Positions 1-11,500 of a DNA stretch of 64,000 nt are shown here, one piece after another. The notes under the pieces were generated by a model. It saw nothing but the letters and a program-made list of their open reading frames with translations. It was not told where the DNA came from and searched no databases. A program made the translations under genes and the position numbers. The stretch's first letter is position 1. Every line of letters starts with the position of its first letter. This stretch comes from Iphione sp. A-MEVVRFRX5 (lineage: Eukaryota). The stretch is taken from positions 66,278,001 through 66,342,000 of the forward strand of contig OZ320319.1 in NCBI GenBank assembly GCA_976226885.1. Direction: 5' to 3'.

Positions 1-33
1 TAACATGGAGCAGGTATGATAGACCAGCTACGC

Positions 34-265
34 CTTCAACTGATGTGTTTATAAATAAAAGGTACTTTTATAAAAATAGCCGCATTTACAGGTAAACATG
101 TATTAATTAGCTAGATGATTAACAATAAGAGCAGGTGGCAAGGCATAATGTATGGTAAGGCTTCAACTGATGTGTTTATAAATAAAAGGTACTTTTATAA
201 AAATAGCCGCGTTTACAGGTAAACATGTATTAATTAGCTAGATGATTAACAATAAGAGCAGGTGG
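34..265. repeat. Direct duplication, two 105-bp copies offset by 127 bp
   Basis: 34-138 equals 161-265 with one mismatch. Confidence 0.9.
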
Positions 266-3200
266 TAAGGTATACCATTTCCGTTGTGCGACTATGCCCA
301 AAGATGTATTACATATTTATTTAAAATCTTTATTTTAGGCTTCAATAAAATAGAAATACAGATTGACAAGAAAACGAAAATACTATTCCATATATAAAAT
401 TGGTCATGATGGGATTGCTTTGACCAATTAGAACCTGAGAATCCCAGTGCTTTTTCTAAAAACCTGATTGTCGGGTTTGAGCTCTTCTTCGCAAAACTGT
501 TGTCTTGGCTAGTTTGGAATTTTAGATAATATACTTACATATATCAAGGTTCCGTTTTAGTATTTCTATGCAGTGAAACATATGAATAGCAGAGGGTCTC
601 TTCCATCGATTGTTCCAGTACATGTGTAGTGGGTGCTTACTTAAGTTATGAATGTGCGTCGTATCATGCAGGTACCCAAAGCAAACATGACTATGTATAG
701 AAAAATACTACTTAATTGAACAGATCATTAAAAGAAAAAACACTGTTAGATCTCATTTTTTAAACTGAATGCTCTGGCTATCAGTTAGAGGTAGGGTGGG
801 GGTTACTGTTATGACTAGCCTATTACACAGACACAGTGATAGTATATAAGTTAGTCGCATCCTCGACAAACACCCACACTGACTGCATCAAAAGGTTTCA
901 GGAAATCGTCGCAGACCTTCCATAAAAGTATCTCGAATGTTTATTTTTTCCCTGATTACTACTTAGCATGATTAGTGACTCCAAAACCGTCTCAGTGCAA
1001 ACACTCATTCTGGGTAAAATGGAAAAAGGTATAGATTGGGTAAGATATTAGTCCTTATGCTCTCTTTAAAAAGAAGGAAATAACTGTTCACTTTAAACTA
1101 TCACCCATTTTTTCTATGTACTTGAGTACCTTCAGGGAGATGATATAAATGTCAAGCTCGCGTCTCACAAAACATTTACCCTGTAGCCACAGCAGGCCGC
1201 CTACACCTTCAGACAGTACTTTTATAACTTCAAATAATGAGAGGCACTGAATGTTCTGTGTAGAAAACCTAGGAGATGACTACCTTCGGGAAGACAGGTT
1301 TTGAGGCGGCAGTATATGCTCGACGTGTACCTCACAGGACTCAGCAGATCACGAGAGAGTCTTTTTCTGTAGTAACGAGCAGCAGGAGAAGGGCATCTTA
1401 AGAGGTCTAAGCAACACTATCTATCTCTCGACAGCCCAAACACCAACCGCCGGCTAGGGCCAGTGAGAGGAGAGGAAAAAAAGTGCTGCATCTGCAGATT
1501 GGAGTAGAGTTTGGCAGTGACGCAGTGCACGGTTGTTGCTCTGCACCTCAGGCAAAACAGAACTACTCCTTACCCACTCGCGGCCGCTGGGATGTTTCGG
1601 TATTTTTTATTAGGCGTTTGCTATTGAGGAGTCAGGAATCAAATATTCCTGAGGTAAATGATACAGAAGCTTTATATTTCACATGGAAATGCCATTAAGG
1701 CATCCCCAGTGTAAGAACAGTCTACAAGGTTATTTTTCCTAACACCATATCATGTACACATAATTATAGCCTGCAGTATATGTGGTCATATGTGGTCTAC
1801 CTAATATCTTGATTTAATATCCAGTAATTACATCAGCATGTATTATCAACACAAGCATGGGAGCTAAAACGCCCACCATATTAACTGTTCTTTTGAGAGC
1901 ACTTTAACAAAAATCAACTTTTGTGTTCTAATGTGAAGTAGTAGAGAACACACTAACACGACAGGGTGAAGTAAGGTTAAAGTAGGTTTTTTTAATTTGT
2001 CTAATAACCGATTTTATGTTTGAAGTCTAACGCTCAATAGATATAGACGTTCTCATGTTGATATTGTGTGCCTAAAAAGCAACGGCATAGAGATTTCCAT
2101 GGTATTGAATTAATCATATGCATGTAGATCTATGCAGATTGTTCTCTTTAGGTTCTGGTAATCATGTTAAATTTATCCTTGTCCTCGGATAAAATACTTT
2201 CACAGAAAATTTCGAAGGAATCAGTATATTTTCATTTCGTCGAAGGAATATAAAGAGTAATAGCCCTGATCAGTAGAAATAGTGCGGAAATCTAAGAGGA
2301 AAGAATTTGTTTGTGGCAGTTGCATTGCAATTTTCATATACGCTCACTTCACTGGCTAGATCCATTACATTTTCAAAATCATCTTATCATGTAGTTAGAT
2401 GTTTTACTATCTTAGCTGAGATAAGTATTATATCTACGATGACTACATTTTTCATTCTCTATAGGGAGGTTTAAATTTGCCTGGAATTGTCGGACTTGCA
2501 TTACTCGAAACGAAATTGAAAATGTCAGTTGCGGAGTAATCACTTTGAATTAGCATATTTCCTGGTTGATGGGTCTACGGAAAAAGCTCACACGGCCTGC
2601 TAGGTGCTCATCTAAACACTAGTTAAAAGTGAAAGCTGTGGACATGACACCATTATACCATTACCGTTATCACCTGACTCACTCCGTGGCGTTATGAATG
2701 CAATTTCTGCTCTAGTATCTTTTTCTTCATACAATGGCGATAAGGTTTTTGATACTGAAATTTTTGCCAATGTCTCCCGGTTTTTCTAATTTTGTGTACG
2801 TCGTTGTTTCGTCGTTTTCTGCAAGACTGCTGTTTAAGTACAAATTTCTTTTCTTCTTATATATTGAAAGCACGATAGAGTACATAGTTATACAATACTT
2901 TACATCTCTAGTGACTGATCTAAAAGGTACGTTGATACATACATATTTTTGAAGTAGGAAAGAAGGAAATGTGGGCACTTGGAATGCTGGCAATTGATTT
3001 TAAAGTTGTTCCAGTGCGTTTTTACATTTGACTAATTTTATGGTTGTATTATTTCTTTTGTTTCACAAGAAAGACTATTTTTGTAGACGTTCCCTATATT
3101 TTTTATGCATCAATTGTTGAAAATCTGAAGTATGTAATTTAGGAGTTCGGGTGTAATATAAACGTCCTTTTCATTTTAGGTTTGTTTTTATGTTAAGAAA

Positions 3201-3853
3201 ATGAAGATGTATCTCAACTGTAAGCATATTTTCCTTCCATCTATGCATTCCCAGATCTAATGCGATAGATGACGTCTTACATCAAAATCGAAAGCACATT
3301 GGTATACATGTATATGTATGATTGAAAGTTACATACCTCTGAGATTTACCTTATTTCATTTATAATATCTGAACGTGTCTCTAGAGGCAGATAAAGGTCA
3401 CGTATTGTGGTAAAGGAAAGAAAAGCATGCTGTATACATGTACATGCCATTTGGTATTTGTGTGAATGACCAAAGCACAGGTAAAACACAAGCAGTTACC
3501 TTGTACATAGGCCACTTTCATTCTGAACTTGAACATATAGACTTTCAAACTGATTCAGGAGTCCTAGTTGATTGATTTGTTAGGCATTTTAGGAACAGGT
3601 CAGTGTGGTAACTAGAGTGAAGAGGCACAGGTTCACTTCACACAGCTGCCCCTAGGAAGGGTAATGTCTACCTCCCGCTGTTCTGTTCAGTGTTGTTTAC
3701 TTATGCCAAAGGTTTATGTACATTTTATAACAACACTGACCAGCTTAGTAGAAGATAAACTTGGAAGCGACTAGGAACCTCAGAACACATGCAGAGAAGA
3801 TCCTTGCAAAGGTGGGGTGGACTTTAAATAGGACGTATAAAGTTTATCCTTAC

Positions 3854-5644
3854 CGAGAAGCTGAATCGGCCACCCTCGTTGATGATCCTGTTGCCCCTGA
3901 ACCAGGTGATCTCGGGTTGTGGCAAGCCAGACACAGAGCAGTTGAACTTGACGGTCTGTCCCACCATACACTGCTTGTTGCGGAGCTTGCTGGTGAAGTT
4001 CGGCACCGAGTCGAAGGTGCGACGTCGCGACGACACCGACGACCGGATGGATTCGATGTCCGACGGTAGCGACGCGGACGGTGACGTCGGGACGCCCGAC
4101 TGTGACGAGCGCTGGTAGAGGTCGTCGTATGCAGAACCTAGGTCGCGATAAATGGGCTGGGTGTAGGTAGGAGTGTACTGGGGATACTGCAGGGTCTCAG
4201 GGGGCGCGCGCACCTCATACCTCTCGGGGACTACATATCTCTGCTTCTCGCGCATATCGAACTCGGCTTCCACCTGGCGCCTGATATCATCCGGACCACC
4301 TCGTATAGTGTACTGGTCGCCCTCCTCTCTCAAGGTGGTAGTGGGGGCCCCCCTGGTAGAATACTCCACGTCGACCTCGGTATTCTTGTACCGACTAAGG
4401 ATGTGACCCACGTCAGTGCCCGGGGGGACGACTAACTTCTCCCGTACCTTAACCCCGTACACCTGAGCGTCGGGAGACTCCCCGATCTCCCTGAGCTGTT
4501 CCTCGTTCAACTGATAGAAACGGATTTGTTGGTAGATAGTTGTATCCTCGGGGAAGTAGCTGCGGTTACGCTTGACAAAGTCCTCCAGGGTGGACACGGA
4601 CTGCTCGAGCAGCTTGGTCTTCATCGCCACTTCGTTGATCTTCCTGCTGGCCTCTTTCCGGTCGCCATGGCCGTACTCGTTGACGGACGTGTAGGTGACC
4701 GCCCGCCGGCCCGACGGTAGCTCCATCACCTGAACTCTCTCTGGCTCGAACTTCTCGCCCGGACGGAAGACGAAGCTGCCGATGTCTCGCCCTGAACGCA
4801 GCCTGCTCTGCACCACGGCCGACTCGCCCTCGTAGGTCATCACCTCACCGCCCGAGCCGTAGCCGCCGCCCTTCGGTCTTACACCGAACGTCTGGGTCAC
4901 CACTCGCGGTGCTCTCCTCGGAGGCACGTCAATGTCGTCGGCATCGTCGAAGCTGGAGATGCTACTGGCACGCTTGCGTTGGGCGCTGGCGATGATGCCC
5001 TCAAAGTCGATGGACGCATCTCCGTGGACGCGCGACAGGCTGGCTGCTCGCGTCTTCCGGGACGGCGCCGCGCTGGCGCGGTAGTCATCCCTCGACGCTA
5101 ACTCGACGCTATAGGAGCGCAGATGACTACTAGCTCCACTTCCGGTGGCACTCTGCTGGGCGACGGAACTGCCGACACGCCTGAGTTGGCCCTCGACGTC
5201 GCTGCGCTCCCCGGCGCGCCGCCGCTGATCCGCCATCTTGAGCCGTTCCCGCCATGGCCGCACCTTAGAAGCCGACGAGCTGCTCAGGTCGGCATCGCGG
5301 TCCACTGAATAGGCGCGTTTGCTCGAGCGCGTCGACGACGCCAGGTACCGGTCGGCCTCGCGCCCCACATCTCTGTCCACGGAGGAACTCAGGCGTGACC
5401 GCGAACCACTACGGGTGCTGGTGGTTGAACTGCTGAAGCTTGAACTTAGCGTATCATAGCGCGACTGGCGGGCCGTGTCGCCGGAGTAGCGGCTCGATGG
5501 CGAGTCGAAGGATGACACGCGACTGAACTTTGATTGGTACGTGCGCCTACGGTCGGTCTGCCCGTATGATCTAGGCCAACCAGGTGTTTCTACTGAAGAT
5601 GCCATATTTGCGGTGAAGCCAGCCGGAAGGGAGTGGGAGAGCAA
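3854..5644 (-). CDS. Large exon (597 codons): Ser/Arg-rich region, uncharacterised segment, N-terminal half of an Ig
   Basis: TTTTTCTAG acceptor immediately before the ORF; GC-rich; ends PNFTSKLRNKQCMVGQTVKFNCSVSGLPQPEITWFRG..FSFS then GTAAGG donor (phase 0); internal strong-context ATG at 5605; alternative acceptor at 5592. Confidence 0.88.
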
Positions 5645-8534
5645 CTAGAAAAATATCCTTGGGCCTTCAAGGAATACTTGTAATATTCTTTGTGTATTTG
5701 TTTCTTTGTAGTGTGTAGCATGCGCCGGATAAATATCCCGTTCAGTGTTTTTTTAATTTTAGGCGCCAAGTCCTGACAGTACACTTCCGGCGGAAAGCTA
5801 CTCCGGTAAGTAGGGATAGATGAGATGGAGGAGAGAATGTGAGCGCCTATGAATAGGTTAGGTTTTTAAAGTGCTTATGACCACCACTGCTTTATCGACA
5901 TGGACCACAGTTAGTAAAGATATTTTGGAGCCGATACAGAGAGAGAGAACTGACGGGATCAGGCCATCTACCAGGCAGCAGTACCTCACAGAATATCACG
6001 TATCCAAGCGTTCCTGTGACTATAAATAGCCCCCCGGTTCGCACGTACCTCCCTGATCGTCCGTGAGAGCGGCTCCGCAAACACTTTATACCGAAATACA
6101 CCGCAGCCAAAAAACAGCACAGACAGCAGAAATAAAGGCACTGACTCTTGATAATTCGAAGTTGCAAGTATTCCAAGAATTTGAGGCAGGTCTAGTTCGT
6201 TACGTCGTGCGCCTTTTGTTTCTTCAACTTTCTACCACTTCCATCTGCTCTCTCAGTTCCCAAACCGGTAGTAGTATACACCAACACAATAAATATACCT
6301 CGGGCTAGCGGTCTGCTCCAGAGCTATGTACTCTCCATGGGAAGGGCCGGCAAATTGGGCCGGCTGACGAAACGATAGAAAACGCTGAGAAAATACCTCC
6401 AAACTTAATGGGTAGTTACAACTCCGTCAACGACATCACCGGGACGTCACGACGTGCTCAGGGGACACCTTCCCATGGAGGGAACAACGGGTAGGCCTTC
6501 ATGGTAGACGCTTGGGCACTACCTCCCCTCCACGGCTATGGCTTGTGGGCTGAAGGGCAAGCCGTTCCCCGCTCCCTTCTCGTGGCCGTAGGTACCTGCA
6601 GCAGTCTACGCCCTGAGAGCAGCTCAGGACCGGCTGCTCGCCTGGAAGGAGTGGGAGGGAGTGGGAGGGCGCACGAAGGGCAGCAGATGGTGCAGCGGCG
6701 GCCCAGAAGGAGGTTAGGGCAGTACTACTATCAGCTGGCTTCAGGAGCAACCTGCAGCTGGCTACAGAGGAGCAGATGGACTAAATGCCGGGAAGTTATA
6801 CTCACTCAGTGAGCTACACGAGAAAGGCGTACCAGCATTGGGCAATCGGTTTATCCTGAACAACATTGCTGTGCCAGAGATCTAACGAAATCAGCAGCTT
6901 CTTGACCCGAAATAGCATCGCCGCTGATGTATTACTGAAGCCACTTTGACATATTTTGAGGCTAGATCAACAGTCAACGCTCAACTGCCGGGGCCTACAA
7001 GTAGTGCAGTTTGCTCTCCTCCCCCAATCCCGCCCACACCAAGTATACTGCCTAGAGCTTTTGGCTAGAAGGTGCAACAGCAAACAGTCCTATCAGAAAG
7101 TCGGTTCCCTTGTTCTTATCCTGAATCACCACGTGAACCCGTTTTACCCTGCTAGAAACATGGTCCTATGTGTCCTACATTCTATACCATTCCACTTTAA
7201 AATAACACGTTCCTTTGGTCATTTCCATGGGACTCAGCTTTACAGGGTATACGTTTTGGTAGAATATTATTCAAATAAATAAAACAATTACAATCGACGC
7301 CTACGAGAGGTAATTGTCTTTGGCACAGAAGCCATTTGCTTATAGCCGTAGCTCTTAGGCAGAAGCGGATCTTTGGATCTGACATTGGCGGTGTCCGCAG
7401 ACTTTAGGACGTACGCGGCACTAACTTTGTATATATCAAGATTCTTCCCATACTCGAGCAGCTGCCTAAATGAAGGCCGTCCTGAGCAGAAGGCCGCCCT
7501 GCTGGGTCTAGCTACAGGAGGACTCCCTGCATCAAGGCAGCCAGCACGTGATTCCATTCTGGATCATTTTAGAGGTACAAAACCAATGACGGGTGATGGC
7601 TTTTCAGGAGCTTCTCCTCAAACAAAAAAGAGCTTAGCTGCACATTTGAACTAGGACGGGGTCTGGCTGTGCTCGGTCAACGGTATGTCTGTTCTAGGTG
7701 ATAAAAACTGCACTTAAACCTAGATCGGTGATCCTTTTTCCCCCGTTGGGAAGAGCTTGAAGTGGAAGTGCCACAGGGACTCGGTAGAAGTTGTACGGCT
7801 CTTAACTAGGGTATCTGCACACGTGGTGCAACCAGTAAATATATATATACTCGACTATATATTTACACGGCTTTTCTGTGTGTAAACTGCTGCTGCTTAT
7901 ACGTGCGACGAGCAGTTTGGAACCTGGATACTGAACGAGAGGAAGAGCAGGTCGGTGTCAGGTGACCGGGCGTATCCCTAGAATTAACTCGCGCCAGTTC
8001 CTGGCGGCCGGCAAGTATTTATAGCGCCCTCTCCCCGTGAGCTGCTCACTGTATTGGAGCAGATAGAGCTGAGGCAGGAGGCACACAACACTTGAGGACT
8101 AGAAGACACCTTCCGTATTCCCATACAACAAACTGTGGATACTCATACGCTTGACAAACCGAGGGGAGGCTTTCTTTTACTCCTGTTTTTCTGCATCAGT
8201 GACTGCATCACTAGATACCAGTGGAGTGTGTTATCGGTTGGTTACTTATATGTCGGAGCCCTTTTCCATCTTTATTCCCCGATGCTTGCAAATCCTTTCC
8301 TGCCTTAAAACCCTGAAGAGCCATATAGGTGGACTTATATTCCCGTTGATAAACCATAGATTCCATTCAAAATTTCTTCGGAACTCATTTGGCTTCGCAT
8401 ATTCATCATTTAGTCTTCCTAGAACTGTTCACTGTTCTTCCGAGGGGAGCAGTTTATCCTCAGAGATCGTGGTGTAGTGATATAAAAGAGAATAGTGTTC
8501 GAAGTATGCTAGAAATTGGCTGGCTTAAGATAAT

Positions 8535-8579
<45 letters not shown>

Positions 8580-11500
8580 TCAGAGAGGGGGATGGCTGGC
8601 ACCTCTAGCAGTGTGACATATAAGGGCGCCATCACCATTGGGCCAACATCAGCCGTTCCTATGGCAACCCCACCCCGCCCCCGCCCGCAAGCCTAGTTCT
8701 AGAACACAGTATACCACCGAGAAGACCTACGGATTTTGCATCATTGAGAGAAGGGTTACTCACTCTAATGTTGGTAACAGATAATACCTTTTGATATACG
8801 TGTAAGTCGCAAGTCGGGGCAGACACGATAAATAACACCCTACAAAGGAACAGCTATACAGTGCTAGCACTGCCTGATGTATGCCGACAGCATATGTCTG
8901 AAGGAAGTTTTGGCACTGTACCTTTCAAAAATATTAATCTTCACTAAATGCCCGTAAGATTTGACTCATTATTGCATAGTTATCGTTACATTTCGCCTCA
9001 ATGTATTTTACATCGGTCGGCCAAATGTAATGGATAAAAACTCAATTTAATACATCTCTAATTCCTCTTTGGGGCTAATATATATAAATATTTCCTTGTT
9101 ACTATCAACCTGTTTACGTCACTCAAAAACGATGTTTATTACCGTAATATGGTCTCGCCCGTGAATTGAGCATGATGTCTACAAATGCAATAAATTCCAC
9201 TATACCTGTATTATACATCAATTCTGCAGCACTGCACGACACGTCTCCCTTTATATCAGTTCATTGGAGGGAAAAGAACAGGCCTACATGTATATCTTGA
9301 CCTTGACATGGAAAGCTGGAGCTGCTATGTTTGTACTCTGATCAAAGTGGCATTTTTCCTCAACCGGATCTTGTACATTTATTCTGCTAATCATTCATTC
9401 ATCGTATGGGTTACCCCCATTACCACCTTATAGCGATGGACCTAGATATTTCTCAGGGACATACGTGCCAATATATATCAATATATATGTATCAGTGGAA
9501 GTCGGATTAATTACTCCTTTCTTCGGAGAAATTATGTACACAATATATAGACTTGGAAGGCACTGCTGTGCAGGAAAACATGAGAAAGCCTTAATTTGTT
9601 TATGTTCGGGCAGGTAATTTTCAAGGCATCATTTATCATGATTCTTTTCCTACCGAAAACATTCTCAGCAGAAAGAGTTGCCTCTCATTGATGGTTGGGC
9701 TATATCTGTAGCTTTAGCAGGTCGGTACCTCAAAAGTGATATCCCGTGGGGTCAACCCGCGTGTCATTCGCTCATTTATCACTAGAGGCCAGCACCTGTT
9801 ATACCGAGTGCCGCCATGTTGTGGCAAGCCTTCAAATAACACTAGGTGGAGCCATGATACCAGGCACAAGGTGGAACAACTCAAGATGTCATTATTATAG
9901 ATGAGTATTGGCTTTTGCAACATTGAAAATAAAATATACTTAGCAACTTGGCCAATTATGTTTTTCTATTAGGGGGTCTTTCCGGTTGCATACATTTATT
10001 GCCACCAACCGAACTGCCCAAGTATTCTTGCTTTCTTGGGATTGAAAGTCTTTAATTACATAACCTATTCATATTTATTTCATTGTATTTACCCAAACAA
10101 CATTTCTTTTTTACTCAGCCTTTTCAAAGATATTCTTTGTTTTGACAAAATCAATGAACACTACATACTGTATTATCTTTCGAGAGCAGCTTTACCATTG
10201 TGACCTTGGTGAAAATAAAGCAAATAGATGCAAGTACATGTACATGTATACCTCTATCAACAAATCCCTGACAATGAAGCCTCTACATAATGAAGCTGGC
10301 TCAAATTATAGCTTTGTTACCTAAGGCCACTATTTTATAGATCTTTTTTTGAAAGAAAATGAATGAGATATAAAGACATCACTCTAAGTGCCACATAAAT
10401 AAGTCATAAATATTATGCTAAAAGCCTTAAAAATTACTGTTCAAACAGGTCTACCTCTCACACTGAAGTTTTCCATAATAAAGTGATTTTACAAAACCCA
10501 TCCACTTTGTTGACAGAAGAATACCTGTAAACTCATGTATACAGATACATACTAGAAACTCACTGAAGGTTTATGGATAACAAAATCTTTTAGCATAACG
10601 AAGTATGTATAACCTAACTTTGTTTTACCAATTTATGAAGAAGACTTCAGGGAAGGACCAAACCTGGCCAGTTACAAGGTTGTTTCTTAATTGAAGTTTT
10701 CTAGTATATGTATATTATATAGATCCATTTGTAAAGTTGAATCGGTGCACAATATTTTTATCAACAACCAAAGCACTTATGCCATGATCAACTCGTACCG
10801 TTCCAAACTTACCAAGACCTCAACTCACCTACTCTTGTACCACCTTGCACTCTTACCAGAACATATTCTTGGTCTTACACACACACCCTTATGACCTCGC
10901 TCAGGCCAAGATGGAAGAATCTTTCAGGCCAGCGGGACAGTGCAACTGAGTGGGGATTTGAACATAGCCTGTTTGGACAAAACCAATACCACATGGGTAC
11001 GTGGATAAGTGTGGCTGACGGGGTGTAAATTTAAAGTACCCCTACAACCTGCTTTTCTCTTTCTTCCTATCTGACCCCCTAGACTAATGTATCATGTATT
11101 GTATGACCTGATCTCGCATTTTAGGAGGATGTCTATTGTTGTTTTGGTGAATGACTTGTGTGTGATGAAATCTGGCCATGGTAGGGATTTGAACCTAGGT
11201 TCTCAACATCCCTTGTTCTCTCTGTATAGTCTATACAATGGCCGGCACTGCCATCCAATGTGCCACAGAGGCAGAACAAAGTTTAGGGCATAATTCTTTC
11301 ATTTATTGCAGGGTTTAAGATGAATCATTGTTAGAGGTTTGATATTGTTTTCAAATAATATGGGGGAGACCCCCCACACACCCTCCTTTCTTTCCCAAAT
11401 TTTCTAAAATTAAAATGCATCTTAAGCATGATCTCTGGAAATATTTGTGACTTTTCATGAATTCAACACATCTTTAGCTAAACCTGCAGTAAAATATTTC

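Noticed and set aside
1-3853. Second half of the Ig begun in the large exon
   Set aside because: No DxGxYxC-type exon found on the minus strand; it probably lies beyond the window. ORFs here (1483-1698, 2727-2993) look non-coding
6408-6494. Plus-strand 28-aa ORF MGSYNS.. with a myristoylation-like start
   Set aside because: Too short, no supported downstream exon; expected by chance in a GC-rich island
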